A stretch of 63,857 nt of DNA, filler included, from Octopus bimaculoides (lineage: Eukaryota), in NCBI RefSeq assembly GCF_001194135.2. It is 8 parts of 7 records of this genome, joined end to end, with 100 filler letters (N's around TTAATTAATTAA, not from the genome) between each part and the next. Parts side by side here need not be neighbours in the genome. Positions count along the whole stretch, not along the records: positions 7,461 to 23,360 come from NC_068999.1; positions 23,461 to 44,046 come from NC_068996.1; 6 more parts are not named here. One strand, written 5' to 3'. A model generated the notes under the pieces. It searched no databases. It had not been told where the DNA came from and was given only the letters and a program-made list of their open reading frames with translations. This document shows, one piece after another, positions 11,323 through 25,830 of the stretch; the stretch's first letter is position 1; each line of letters begins with the position of its first letter. The position numbers were made by a program, and so were the translations under genes.

Positions 11323-14300
11323 AATTAATGCAGGAGAAAATTCAGATGCTTGACAATTCCTGTGTACGAATTTCGGGAAATGGAAAATTTTATTAGGAAA
11401 GTGGATGTAGTGGGAATGCGTAGTTGGTATGAACTCGTGTGCATAACTGAGGAACACAAGTGTTGGGGAAGTTGTGTGGCTGTTGGATGTACGGAACTAT
11501 CCAGCTCTTATAACAGAGGTGATTACCGTAATGATAAGCAAGTGAACACTAAGATGAACGTCGGTCTTCCTAGCAGATATATGTGAGTGTCTATATCTTA
11601 AAGTATGTGAGTGTTTCAGTATTTTCTTTCTTTATGTTTTTGCATGTGTATTCTGAATAAATATACATGATATTGTAGTTTGGAGAAAACATGTTAGGAA
11701 TGATACAGATATTCAGACCTACCTACCTACACACACACACACACACACACGCACGCACACACACCCATACATGCATACATACATATCCACATGTCAGCCT
11801 ACCTACCTGCATACTCTCCTACACACCTTCATACATAAATACATACATGTGTACATATGAGCGTACGTATATAAATACATATCTGCGTAAATATTTACCA
11901 ACACGTATACATCCATACTTACATAAATAGATGCGTAAATGTATGTGTACATATTTTGTACGGACAATGATTAGTACATGAAGTAAAAAAGAATTATCAG
12001 GCGGTAGTGTTTTAGAAGAATAGAGAGAAAATTAAAGGAGGATTTCAAAATCGGAATAGTTTGATTGAGAAAATAGATATTGAAACATTGCTTGTGTGCT
12101 TTGGTTGTGCTTAAGCCCGCCTACTTGGCTTTGTGAAACAGACTGAAGGGAAGTTTCCTCAAAACTATTATCGAACGTACACGGAAATTATGAAACCATT
12201 ATTTCAGAAACGATATATCGGCGATAAATCATCACCGACTCATAATAATTATTTTTTAATAAACGTATTCATGTTTTACTGACGTTTTCAATTCAATTCG
12301 AAAATGTGTCTGTGTTTTGTTTTGCTTTTAGTACTTTCGAAAATTAATTAGGATAGTAACACGTTTACTAACCAATTCGAACGACTAATTATGCATTGAG
12401 AAGAGTGTTGGAAACTAAGCACATTGTCGCACTCCTGACTTCCGATTAAACCTGTTAAAACCATTTCTGATCCTACAATTTATAGTAGAAATTTCATTCT
12501 CTCGCTGTCTGTCTGTTTGTCTGTCTCTGTCTCTGTTTCTCTTTCTCACGTGCACATACACGCGCGCGCACACACACGCGCGCGCACACACGCGCGCGCG
12601 CACGCATACGCACACGCTCTCCCTCTCCACCGCTAACTCTCTTTCCTTCTCTGTTGCTGTATACGTAATAATTGGGAAATAAATTAAAAGTATGTTGTCC
12701 AGAATGATTTCATTTCAATAATATTTATTTATATAGACCATTAAACGTAAAACTATTTAAAATAATATCGTAACTGTAAGTTAGAAGGCATTTTAAAATG
12801 CTACATAGTGTAAACCAAATTAACAGTGTCAAGAAGATTTAAAGCGTGTAGACTATACATTAGGTGACAATTAAATGTACACTATTTCAATTTAGCAGAA
12901 ATTATATAAAGAACGTCAGATGAAAATGAAAATGAAAATCTTAATTTCGAAGTCTTACATTTTAGCTTTTAGCTCTATTATATAACTCAATTAAATTTCC
13001 CTCCCATATGTTTTGCTTAAAGTCCATTCAGTGTCTAAGAGCAGAGTAAGAATCGATAACATTGGAATTAATTATAAAACCATATATGACATTCATTTAT
13101 AATTTAAATGGAAATTGATTAGGTTTACACACGGATAGTTTTCAATGAATCATCGCTCTTCATTGAAATATAATGCAATTCATTGAAATGTTAAAGCTGT
13201 TACACCGTTGTGACACATGCATACGCGAATATGCGTGTGAGTGCGTGTGTGTGTGTGTGTGTTAGGTGAATAAGTGAGTGGGCGTTTGTGCATGTGCATA
13301 TGCGTACTCATGTATACGTTTATATGTATCCATTCATACAAGGGTACGTACATGCATTTTTATATACACATATCAATGCGTACATGTGCATCCCAAAATG
13401 AATTACTCAAAAAAATCTGAGTGAATCTTGCTGCTACCTACTGTGTCATCCTAGAGTGCATTTAGTTTAGTGCCACACGACTAATTTGAATTAAACCACT
13501 GATAACAAACTATCCTTGTATTCAGCTCATAACTATGTAATCTGTTACTGAAAACTGGGAGATTTTCTACGTTTATCAACAATGAACCTTACTACACGTT
13601 GGTCAATACATCACTTATCACTTACGAAGCATTCGTTCTCTTTGTCTCGCCCCTAGGCAATTAGTTTTCAATTCTTTTTCTATCATAAATGGCTACTGGA
13701 ATATACTAAGTATTATCTGCAGCTTTCGTTTTACCTGCAGAGTGTAAGCGGTTCATTAATGGCGTTATGAAATATGACCATTGAGATGTTAATGAACAAC
13801 CCCAAGCCACAAACTTTACAAAATATATGTGAAGAATAACATATGTTGACATGCAACAAAGGCCTAAATACATGTTTCATATTCATAATGATTTCCCGAA
13901 GAGAGACCTCTTTGATATGTGACCCTTAAGATGGTGTGTGTTCAGTTTATGGTTTACATAATCAAACAATATTTTTTATTGTTTTACATAGCAAGACATC
14001 AAGTATTAATGTTCTCTGTTAGACGAATTTACGTCAACAATTAATCTTCAAATACTGTTTGTTGGAAGAAACATTCTATAACTGGCGTGAGGGTATGAAT
14101 TTTTATATCTTTATTCCAACCATTCTATTACTTAGCACAATTAGATTTATGATAAAAACATTCTCCTGCTTTAGTAAATGGAATTGCTTGCATTCTCGTC
14201 AAATTACCCCTTTACACTATGTAAAATATATTCATAAATATTTTACCGATAAACTGATGAGATTACATTTACGGAAATGAATGAAGAAACCTATATATCT

Positions 14301-14432
14301 TACAATTACTTGAATAACACGATTGAAATGAAACTATTAATATATTTAAAAAAAAAACATTCCAAAAGCTTGAAACCAAATTCCGGTATATCTCGTCTGA
14401 TGAATTTATCTATAATACACTACTGAATTCAA

Positions 14433-14640
14433 ATTTTGGTAAAACAGACACCCATTTCAGCAAGTGGGTAAGGCGATTTAATCGTTCCCAGCGTTCTGCT
14501 AGTACTTATTTTATCGACCACGAAGCCATGAAAGGCAAGGCCGACCACGGCAGAATTTGAACTCATTACGTGTGGCCGGATGAAATGGTGCTGGGCATTT
14601 TGCCAGGTTTGACCACCATTCTGCCAACTCGTCTCCTTCT
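14433..14640 (-). mobile_element. SINE family A, degenerate
   Basis: Reverse complement of the family A core (AGTACTTATTTTATCGAC...GAAAGGCAAGG.CGACC...GAATTTGAACTCA...TTCTGCCAACTCG). Confidence 0.65.
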
Positions 14641-14819
14641 CATCATATATTATTAACTTCAGCTCTGGTTCTGTTTTCTTGCGCACTAAACAAGTGGCAG
14701 TTTCTTTAATTAGATTGTAAATTTATAATCAAGCAATAATAATAATAATAATAATAATAATATTAATACTAATAATAATAATGACGATGATGATGATGAT
14801 GATGATGATGATGAAGATG

Positions 14820-14851
<32 letters not shown>

Positions 14852-14937
14852 GATGGTAATGATGATAAATAGTTATGATGATGATACTAATAAAGATAAT
14901 AATAATAATGATATGGCATGCACTGCTCTCTCACTCA

Positions 14938-14988
<51 letters not shown>

Positions 14989-17474
14989 AGTTTTGTTGTA
15001 TGGAAATGAAATAATCAACAGTTAGGTGACAATTTGTAGTAGTTATATTTTTTTTGTCAATGCAGGAATGTGTACGACGTTAAAAAAGAGAGAAAAATTG
15101 CCAATGAAACGATATTTGTGTAGGCAGCCTTGATCATGCGTTTCGCATCTTCAGAAATAGGAAGCTTGGGATTTTCCCTTCACGATAACAAATTGTGTTG
15201 GTCTTGAAACATCATTACGCGCAGTTATTCTCAATTTTATTGAAAGCGACATGAAATGGTCGCCTCTTAATACTCTTGTATGGAGATAAATTCCACATTT
15301 TGATGTTTGCTACTTCAAATATTGAATATATAGCTGATAAGGAATTTCTGTTGTCTTAGAATGTAAGAACATCGCCCACTTGATGCTGGAATTCAGTATT
15401 TAAAGGCTTACGTCAAAACAATAATATTGCTAGCGTTTATAAAAGGGTGTAAAACAGATTCCCTAAAAATGACGGTAAAAAAGTGATGTTTTAACTAGCG
15501 GGACTCATAGAAATACCACGGTCATTATGAATTTTTTAGATAGTTGAGTGTATATGTGTATATATTAGTGAGCTATAAATGTTAGCGATTGTTTGAAATT
15601 GTATATTCTCTGCATTATTTTCATAAAAAATATATATATTTAAATTATTCTGGTCAAATATGTAATTAAGGGAGCATTACTTTCCTAATCTAGCAGAAGT
15701 TCAGAGATTTATTATAAATCCAACACCTTCGCAATAATTACAGAAAATATGTCATCAATGTTGTAGATCAAACATAAGTTTACCTGTTGTTTTTTTACTC
15801 TCTCCCTCGTGTTCTATCCTATCTTCAACACGTTCTCTTATCAACTGTTTATGCTGCATTCTCTTTGATTGATATATTCCCTCCTGCATTGCTGCTCCCA
15901 TGCTTATTGTAGCGTTTCATCATTGCATCTTATTCTTTCTCTTGTTAGCTTACGTCACTACTCTCTGTTTATTAAACTTTTACGCTTAATATACTTCATT
16001 CTCTCCCTACTCCTCTTCCACCTCTCGCTATCTGAATCTCTATCTCCGCATCTGTCTATAACCACATGGCAGCAACATCCCCCATCTGCTACATACTGTA
16101 TTTCTAAGTTTCTTCCTCTATAGCTCTCCCTTCAACTAACTATTCAAACCGCCTAATAACTATTACATTTTTCTTAATCTCACGTCTTTAATACTTCTCA
16201 GTCCCTTTTTTTCTCTCCTCCTCGCCGTCATTTTGTCAACAGCACCGCATATTTTTGTTTGAATGTATTAATATATCAATTATAAATCACGAAAACGGGA
16301 TGGGAAAGTATAGGCCTGAAATGATAGCGGTCTTGTATCTGTTTAATTTATGTATTTATTTATTGGATCTATTTTGTATGAAGATAACAGGGAGTAAATT
16401 CGAACTGAAGCGAGTCAAAGCATTACACAAAAATACTAAAAGGCGGATATGTACATAGGGAAGCAAATACAAAGAGTTACAGGCGGACAGATAATTAGAG
16501 TAACAGTAAATACAGAGATGTATGAATAGATTTAGGTTGAGTGATAGAGATAGATATAGACAGAAAAAAGTTCGTTTCATGCTATAAGAAAGTATTTATA
16601 ATCAAATTTCCAAAATAAAAGAATAATTGTTTGTCATAAGAAGACAAAAACTGCCAAAACTAGTGTGTTTTTAATTGCATGTTATACATATTATATTATA
16701 CTTTCGGAAATACATTATAAACATAAATATTTATACTACTGGAAATAAAAATATAAATACAACTTATTAATAGGCATATTCCGATAGAAAATATATACGA
16801 GACCTACTATTAATTATTTCTCATACATTCATAATTGATATTTTGGAAATTAAATTTGTAACATCAGCAACAGTAATAACTAATATTACTACTACTACTA
16901 CAAATAATAATAATAATAATAATAATAATAACGACAACAATAGTAGTAGTAGTAGTAGTAGTGGTAATAATACTACTACTAAGAATAATTAAAATAATGA
17001 TAATGATAATGATAATGATAATGTATTTCTTACGCTGTAATATAACATGTGAAACGTACAAAAATAGAATTCAAAGGCACTTTAAAATATCACGTATACC
17101 TCGCTTAAAAGAAAACATCTACAAACATACATGTGATTGCCGGAACGTGCAGACATGCTTCATGAGGACACATCTTAGATTATAACAACTACTATATATA
17201 TGAACAATGAAGTATTTTTTTTCTTTTTTTTTTCGAGATAATGGAATAATGTAAGACGGAAATCACCAACCGAACAACAGGGTCTGTGACAAAGGGACAC
17301 AATAACATTAGTGGCGGATGATTATGTAAAAAGGGAAGCGTTGAATGCGAATGTAGAAAACATTAAATATGCGGGAATTTTACTAAAATCATATCCATAT
17401 GTGTGAATTTATCAAAATGTTTTTCTCGTTCACGTCCTAAAAATATAATTTGGAGATGCTTAGTCAGCGTCTTG

Positions 17475-17513
17475 CATGTAAATCACATGTAAATCACATG
17501 TAAATCACATGTA
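17475..17513. repeat. 11-bp tandem repeat (CATGTAAATCA)x3.5
   Basis: Read directly from the sequence. Confidence 0.9.
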
Positions 17514-20500
17514 GACATTCACTTAGCTAACTCCGTTTGAAGCCCTACGCCTACCATCGATAATATTGCTCTTGATATGAAGGCAGTGAGTTGGTAAAAT
17601 TGTGATTGCGTCGGGCAAAATGCTTAACTACATTTCGTCCGTCTTTACATTTTGGTTTTAAATTATATATGGTGATGTTGACAAAAAGGAAACAGCTCTA
17701 TGGTTCACATGAATGGTGACAGTCATTTCTGATATGTTAGACAGACGTATACCCCTCTATCCTCCACATTAAAGTTAACGGCCATTTCTTATTTATGTTC
17801 AATACAATGTACGTGAATAACTTTCAATATTCATAGTACAGTTTTGACAGCTTACTTCAACCCAATCGCCGACAGGTGTTTCTGCTAGTTATTAATTAAT
17901 ATGTGTTTATTCGATTTTAATTACTTGATTTTCATCGCTGCCTATATGGCTTTCACGCTGTCCCTGTCTCACTGTTGCTTCTCCACATGCACAGTTATAT
18001 CTTTGTATGCATTTATATTTCATATTTGCCTTATAACGGACATTTGACCAAGTTAAACTTTAGTTCTTTGCAGTCTCTATGAATAACAATATTTCAAAGC
18101 GTACGAATATCACGTATAGGAACACGTATAATCCCATAATGCTCACGAAGCTATCAGACATAAAGTAAGCAACATAAGAAAACACGCAAATACCCCATCG
18201 TCTAATAATTATCAGCGGGTATTACAGTGCTAACTGAATGAAACAAGATTTAGAACAATTAGTGTAGTCATTCCATCAGATGCCAAACGCATATCGTTGT
18301 TACGTAACTGCACACACAAACACACATTCGATGTAATATAACCATAAACTTATTGGTGTACATCAATTTCGTTATATTATTATTTTCTTTCAAAGTGTGC
18401 TGGAGCTAGATATTTTGCCTAATGTATTCCCCCTAGAGAGACGGAGTATGTAAACAATCTAAATATGGTTCGTATGTGCTCACGCATACATTCAAATAAC
18501 ATTGCACAAAAATCTGCCCATATCAATAAACGATTGACACCAAGAAAAGAGAGCATATACTTTTCGTTTGTTTAAATTCCCGCCGATTTTTTGCCACAGG
18601 TTGCCGCCAAGAACGAAGCAAATGAACGTACAATAAAATATTTATATAAGTACAATCAGTATTTTCTTTTACGTGGCTATATGTTAAGTGATGCATCAAA
18701 CAAGCTCTATTTTGCCATACTTACAAGGCTCAATATGAGCAAACTATCTGAACGGTTATCAGATTTACTTATTTTAAACTATCATACACTGCCGAGAGTG
18801 TTTATTTATAAGATCAGATATTTTATTACGTTTCTCTACGTAAGAGCATAATGTAATTAATTGAGTTTTGGGCGCAAACACTCTCATGTAACTTGTTAAA
18901 TATATTTGCCCTTATAATTTAACTGTTATGCATCAATGAATACAGCGGTCCTTCGTCCCCCTTTCTTGGCTGGAAATGGATTTATTTTATTTTTCCAGTA
19001 TCATAATCTCTACAATGTAAATAAGGAAATTAAATATTCAATACAATATTTTCCTATAGAGGAAATAAGATTTACTTTACGATAAATGAATTTAATTTTC
19101 GATATTTCTAGGAAATAATAATATTATTTCTACTTTTTAGATATTCAATATGTGTTTTTTTTCTTCTTTTTCTCCATCTAAATCTGGCACGTTGATAGGA
19201 GTGCAAATACAGCCTTATTAGTTTTTGTTGTATATATATGTTTGCATCTTTCATTTAAAGTGACATGATTCACACGTATAAATCAGTGTGGATTTGAGTG
19301 AGAGTGCGTTGTGTGTATATAAATATATAAAAAGAGACAAAAAGAAAGAGACGGAGAGAAAATGAAAGACAGAGAGAAAGATACAGAGAAAGAGAGTGAA
19401 AAAGAGAAAGAGAGATATAGAACAAGAAAAGAGACAGATGTGGTGTGGGAATCGGTTAGCGTTGTGATGGAGTATAAAAATGAACACGTAAAATTCTACA
19501 TTAAATGTTTTTTTTGAATATAAACGTATTCTCAACAATTATAAAGGAAACAACAACAAATACGACAACCTCAATAATATAATCAAGTGGAAAATTGAAT
19601 TTCATTTAATCAAAACTTTCAAGAATGCTTTTCATTAATGTGACTTGTCTCTTGAGAAGCCTCATGCAGAGTGACATAATCTTTTATGTGTTTCCTACAT
19701 TTTAAATGGCTGCCATATTCTTTTTGCTGTCTTTCCTACATTTTGATAAAATTATTGGCAACGTTTCAATTAGCTAAATGTTTTCATTTCTCTCGATGAA
19801 AAATCCCAGTGTCAGAATTCATTTTTACTTCTCCAGGCTAAAATTGATTCAACTATGAAAACATTGTTTTTCATGTAACTGATTTATTGGCTCTCTCTTT
19901 TCTATGTCTTTCTCATAGGTTACCGTAATGTCTTCGCTATTAGTCCTTTTTTTTCTGGCATTCCCTAATATATGATTGCATTTTCAGAGACACTGCATAT
20001 ATCTAAGGAATAAAGATTTGCCGATTGCCACTTGAAAGTAACTATATACCTAACAAATTATATAGAACCATTTAAATAAACAAACTGGAACTCATTAATG
20101 AAGTTGGAAATATGGTGTTGATGACAGTCAACATTACAATCATTATTGAAATTTAGTAAATTGCAATTGCTCTCGTATATTCAGAGTTGCAACATTTTCA
20201 GGCAGTAACCAGCTGAGAAACAAGGAAAAGACGTTACTATATTGCACGGAACTTCTCAATTGTTACTGTAACGGACTCAGGCAATAGTTTCAACTGATGC
20301 TCTACATACTCATATTTCTGTAACCAGTTCTTATTACCTGTTTAGAGTAAAGAAGCACAATTTCGGTGGCGTTCCAGTCGTGGTTAAAGAAAACCATATA
20401 TGAGACTAATTGTCTGTGAGAGAAAGAACTACTGTGACAGTTGTGTCATATACATTGACTATATATTCTTGAAGTCTATGGAAAATAAAAGGCTGGAAAT

Positions 20501-21176
20501 GAAATAAGGATAGAAAGAATAAATCAAACCGTTGATCCAGAAGGCATAAATTATTCAAGTCACAAAAATGAGTGGGGAGATGAACTAATGCCACCTTCTC
20601 TACAACGAGGCGTGCGAAGAATATGTACATCTTTATGGAGATTTTGAGTGATCAGCCAAACGTGAGTAGAGAAAAACCCAGAAGAAACACCCTGAGTGAA
20701 TAATATATAAAACGACTAAGTTTTACGTTCTTTGAAAGAAGAACACGCACCAGAATATGATTCCTAAGAATCTCTTTTAGATATTTCCTAAGACGACATT
20801 TGGATCCGTTAGTATAATACGACATAGGTATATATATATATANNNNNNNNNNNNNNNNNNNNNNNNNNNNNNNNNNNNNNNNNNNNNNNNNNNNNNNNNN
20901 NNNNNNNNNNNNNNNNNNNNNNNNNNNNNNNNNNNNNNNNNNNNNNNNNNNNNNNNNNNNNNNNNNNNNNNNNNNNNNNNNNNNNNNNNNNNNNNNNNNN
21001 NNNNNNNNNNNNNNNNNNNNNNNNNNNNNNNNNNNNNNNNNNNNNNNNNNNNNNNNNNNNNNNNNNNNNNNNNNNNNNNNNNNNNNNNNNNNNNNNNNNN
21101 NNNNNNNNNNNNNNNNNNNNNNNNNNNNNNNNNNNNNNNNNNNNNNNNNNNNNNNNNNNNNNNNNNNNNNNNNNNN

Positions 21177-21440
21177 TCCATGGGTTCGCAGGTGAGATTT
21201 GAGGCCAGCCAAGGACAGACATGGTCTGTCACAGACTGTGCACACAAAAAGGTCCTTGTCATTCACCTTCTCAGTCTTCACCTTTTTCCTTAAATGTCTC
21301 TTGAGCCCTGCTTGCATCATCCTGGCCTCTTCAAATGCTTTCACTCCACTCCACACCCTTGTTCGCCATCCAACTCGATCTGAAGCGAGGACTTCTATAT
21401 CTTTTGGAGCCATTCAAATTGACTTCATAGCAGTCCTTAT
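21177..21440 (-). mobile_element. RTE-type LINE 3' ORF fragment with one C2H2 finger
   Basis: EVLASDRVGWRTRVWSGVKAFEEAR...KRHLRK...FVCTVCDRPCLSLAGLKSHLRTH is the typical RTE/BovB-like ORF end; runs into a gap. Confidence 0.85.
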
Positions 21441-21558
21441 GCCATACATACATATATACACCACGAAATCGTGCCTCCCAAATAACAGCTGAATAAGTAC
21501 TCTACCAATTAAGCTAAATTGCCTCTGACAACAAATTCCGTCAATTAAAGGCTTAATA

Positions 21559-21756
21559 CAGTGGCTGTCAACAGTGATTCCCAGAACTTTTTTTATTCAT
21601 ATGAGTTTTCACACAGACTCCTTTCAATATACCCATCATTATGTATATATACATATATATATGAAATCTTGAATTTAGTCCACAGAGTCATCCTCCACCC
21701 CAGTAGTACATTTGTCGACCACCTGGGGTCCACAGACCCCAGGTTGGAAACTACTG
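21559..21756. mobile_element. hAT (Charlie/Buster-type) MITE
   Basis: Ends CAGTGGCTGTCAAC / GGTTGGAAACTACTG; 8-bp TSD GCTTAATA / GCTTAATG. Confidence 0.75.
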
Positions 21757-23322
21757 GCTTAATGCATAAATTTCTTTGAAATGCAAAAATGTATCTAAAC
21801 AAACTTTTTGTTCTTTCTTTCTTTAGAAGCGTTGAATGTGCATCGTATCATACAGAAAACAAAATAATATTTCTAATGCAGAATAGCTGCGTAAACAGCA
21901 CAAAAGAATAAGTATTTTACCTATATGATGGACAATTTTCTCAGCAATGAATGGAATGAAACCCAAAAAGATTATGTATTGAAACGGCTAACAACTTTGT
22001 CAAGAAACTTCTAACCACTTGGTCCAGAAGCCTCATATACATTAATATGTGTTTGCGCGCGTGTGTGTGCTCATATAGTTCTGGCGTACACAGTTCGCAT
22101 CCATGTCTGTTTCAATGAATATTGTAACTTGTAAACTTTTAAGATTTTGTATCGAAACGGCTATAATATTGTGTATAATAATGTCGTTACATATATTTTC
22201 CATGTAAAAACATTTTGCGTAACAAGATATATATCTCATGTAAGCACAATTTTGTTTTAAATCTTTCCTATATTTATAATCTCACCAGCTAAAATAATGG
22301 AACGAAGCAAATCGACGCAAATAGTACAACATAAACAAAACAATAAATATCCCGTGGAAAAAATATGAATGGTCAAAATATATACGACGACAGTATACAA
22401 TTTATTTGTTGCTAATATTTCTGTCCCTGAAACGAATCGATGAATTTTATGCGTGCGCACTTCAATATACGTATACATACACACCCACCTGCTAGAAACC
22501 ACTGCATGCACACACTTATATGTGTATGTTTCTATGTAAAAGAAATAGAAAAGAAATAAAGAAATGTTTCACAAAAATACAAACTAAAGATTACGAAAGA
22601 TTTGGAAATGAATATAAAATATTGTCAATGTTTGGTTGAGTATAAAATATTTTATATAGAAGGCTAAACTATAAATCTTTGTTTCTACAGCGTGTTTGTG
22701 ATTTTTATTTCACTATTCCAGAAATAACGCCAAATTTGGAAGAATAAAAAGGAAGAAAAATATAAAAAAGTCTAAAACGGGAAAATGAAATCCATAAATG
22801 TATAAAGTTTCTAGATTTTATTTAAGACTAAAGATGCTATCACTTGTAAAGAAGTAGTAAATATATTTTCCAAATATTAAACGAAAGCAATGAAATAATA
22901 TATAGAAATCATGCCATTACTCAATGTTGGGGAACATTTCAGAAAATTCACGGATAAACCTGTCTAATTCTATATTTGTATACCTATCTCTCACTTTATC
23001 TAAGCTTCCAAATTTAAATATATGAATTGTTAATGCTTGAATGAACTATGACACACATACTAATATAAGAAGGGAAATAAAAAAAAGTAGGGACAAAGAG
23101 AAACATAATTTCAAACAGACCAAAGGAGGAATGAGTGTTCATGCTTGTGTGCGTAAGGGCACACGAACGAATTTATTTATGTATCTATATATCTATCTAT
23201 CTATCGATCTATATATGCGTCTCTCTATTTGACTGCGTATCAATCCATATGTACATACCTTGTATAAATACACATAGACATACGCACACTAATATATAAC
23301 TATGCATATCTGTGTATACCTT

Positions 23323-23360
<38 letters not shown>

Positions 23361-23460
23361 NNNNNNNNNNNNNNNNNNNNNNNNNNNNNNNNNNNNNNNN
23401 NNNNTTAATTAATTAANNNNNNNNNNNNNNNNNNNNNNNNNNNNNNNNNNNNNNNNNNNN
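23361..23460. other. Unsized scaffold join with TTAATTAATTAA spacer
   Basis: About 100-bp N block with a central all-frame-stop spacer; the same construct occurs at about 7361, 44047, 46937, 48913, 60744 and 62704. Confidence 0.9.
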
Positions 23461-23575
23461 CTGTGTGGGTGTTTTTTCAAAACACTGTCTGGTTTAAAAA
23501 GCCACATCAGACGCCAGGAATGGGCTAAGGTGTAGGTGCAGGAGGTAGTCAAACTCTGTGTAAGGAGTAGACAAC

Positions 23576-23580
<5 letters not shown>
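23461..23580 (+). mobile_element. RTE-type LINE extreme 3' end, same family as 6998-7352
   Basis: Aligns to 7235-7352 (TTCAAAACA..GTCTGGTTTAAAAA..CACATCAGACGCCA...GGAGTAGACAACCAC) and ends in (TA)n. Confidence 0.75.
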
Positions 23581-23615
<35 letters not shown>

Positions 23616-23617
23616 CA

Positions 23618-23770
23618 AGCTTCTTTTAGTTTCTGTCTACCAGATCCACTAACAAGGCTTTGGTTGGCCTGAGGCTACAGTAGAAGACACTTCCCCAAAG
23701 TACTAGACAGTGAGACTGAACCTGGAACCATGCTGCTGGGAAGCAAGCTACTTACCACACATCCACACTT
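23618..23770 (-). mobile_element. SINE module B, CpG-decayed
   Basis: Reverse complement of module B with CG to TG/CA changes. Confidence 0.75.
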
Positions 23771-23791
23771 GCACCATTTTAATGAACTTAA

Positions 23792-24328
23792 CCTTTTAGC
23801 ATTTAAACTGACCATATCCAATCAAATCAAAATATTTTTTTGTTTTTAAGTTCAAATGGACCTGATCCAACCTTTCCCATCTACCCTACAATATCATTCT
23901 AAAAATAAAACAATCATATCATTAAAATATTGAAGCTAAGAGATAATGCAGGATTAAATGAAAACAATGTGAATAGATAAATAAAAACCTTGTGAGTGGA
24001 TTTGGTAGATGGAAACTGAAAGAAGCCCGTCGTATATATGTATATGTATATATATATATATGTGTGTGTTTGTGTGTCTGTGTTTGTCCCCCCAACATCG
24101 CTTGACAACCGATGCTGGTGTGTTTATGTCCTCGTAACTTAGCAGTTTGGCAAAATAGACTGATAGAATAAGTACTAGGCTTACAAAGAATAATTCCTGG
24201 GGTCGATTTGCTCGATTAAAGGCGGTGCTCCAGCATAGCCACAGTCAAATGACTGAAACAAGTAAACGAGAAAAAAAAAAGGGAAAGAAAGAATTACATT
24301 TAACAGAGTAATATGAATGCTTAAAGGG
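23792..24328. mobile_element. piggyBac-type MITE interrupted by a SINE
   Basis: TTAA|CCTTTTAGCATT ... AATGCTTAAAGGG|TTAA; SINE at about 23987-24290 nested inside; same family as 42575-42802. Confidence 0.7.
23987..24275 (+). mobile_element. Bipartite SINE B/C (5'-truncated) nested in piggyBac MITE
   Basis: Module B tail + (TA/TG)n + full module C. Confidence 0.8.
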
Positions 24329-24739
24329 TTAAATTAATTAAAATTTTGGTATTGCCTTTCCTGTCTTTTCTGACCAGAATTAATTGTTTAGAAAAGATAT
24401 AATTATAATTAACTAAAATTTTGTGGTTTGTTAGTATATTTTGATCTGAAAGACACTTGCAAGGTTTCCATCTAGAATTACCAGCAATTCTACAACTGGA
24501 CATTAAAATATTAGTATTTAAAGACCTTGGCTATGAATGAGAAGTTGCAAAGAAAGAAGCCAATGATATTTAATCTCTAATATAGCACAGACGTGGCTGT
24601 ATGGTTAAGAAGTTTCTTTCCAAACAATGTCCACTACTTGGTACCTTGGGCAAGTGGCTTCTGTAATAGTCCTAAGATGACTAAAGCCTTTTTAGTGGAT
24701 TTGGTGCATGGAAACTGAAAGAAGCCCATTGATAAGATG

Positions 24740-24783
<44 letters not shown>

Positions 24784-24848
24784 GTAATATGATAAAGGTG
24801 GAGAGAGGAAGAGGCACAGAGAGAGAGAGAGAGAGATATTATATAATA

Positions 24849-25830
24849 CTAGCAGAGATACCCGGCGTTGCTCAGGATTAAAATGGTATAGTTCGTTTAT
24901 ATATATTACAGTTATGCTGAAACAGTTGATATGGGAAAGTGCAGCATTGACGACAAAACATTTGTGGAGTAAATGATGGGCTAATTTGACTAAGCGACAT
25001 GTCATGCATTCATTTGGAGTATTCCAGGCCCAAACCTGTCATGGAAAATTGGTGGTGTGGTGTATGAAAGCACCGCAAAGCTGTTTGTTAGTGGATGTAC
25101 TCTCCTTTATGGTGGTCAGCACTGTGTCTAGCACAACCCATCATCTGAAATTTTGACACCTCCTTCGGGTTCCTGGTCTTACATCACTCATAAAATAAAT
25201 TTGGAGGAAGTGTAGTGGTTCATTTGTGGGTAACAGGGAAGCAATGAGGTGATAGACTTGCCCTTGAACTTTGAACGTTGGCATCTCCTTAGATGCACCA
25301 AATGATGTCATTTGAAATGCAGAGTTGCATTGTCTGATATTGTTCAGAAAATCCTTTGACTGCATGGAAATGCCTTCCAAAAGATCCATAAAAGATTGAG
25401 AAGGAGCTAGTAGTGCAAGCAATCTTACCATACTGGCTGAGCAGTACATGCCATTAGTTTCATTTGGAAATTTTAAAGCTTTGCAGAAATGACAATTTAA
25501 GTTTAGCACACCAATTTGGACAAAATTATCAGTTTAATAAGAATGGGATGTATCATATCTGAAAGCATCTCCAGGAGTTGTGAAGAACAAATTTGTACGT
25601 AGTCTGTTTCTGATAGCTGTTTTATTGGACCTCTGTCTAATCATGAAAATGTTAGACTTCTCTTCTTCTGCAAGACACAAAGCACTTTAACACTGTTGAC
25701 TTAGAACATCTGTTTGTTAAATTTGAACATTGCTGATTTCTTTAGGTTTACTACTTTACAACTTTAAGTACAGATAGCACACACAAAAAAAAATTATTAT
25801 TTACATTGTGAGCAGTGAGATTTGAAACAA
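24849..25830 (-). mobile_element. Internally deleted Helitron (Rep N-terminal coding remnant + 3' terminus)
   Basis: AFRYD...VQIG.LN.NCHFCKALKFPNETNG.YC...DFLNNIRQCNSAFQMTSFGA...PTFKVQGQVYHLI.SLLP...FLQIYF is the Helitron Rep/helicase N-terminus. The minus-strand 3' end GCAACGCCGGGTATCTCTG-CTAG|T lies at 24849. Confidence 0.9.

Noticed and set aside
13741-13743. 3-nt plus-strand micro-exon (ctgcag|AGT|gtaagc)
   Set aside because: Expected by chance at this window size and no host gene is evident on the plus strand. The 6-nt candidate at 48188-48193 is rejected for the same reason.
15136-15156. Minus-strand CTGAAGA-TGC-GAAACGC
   Set aside because: No stem II or stem I; cannot fold as a hammerhead.
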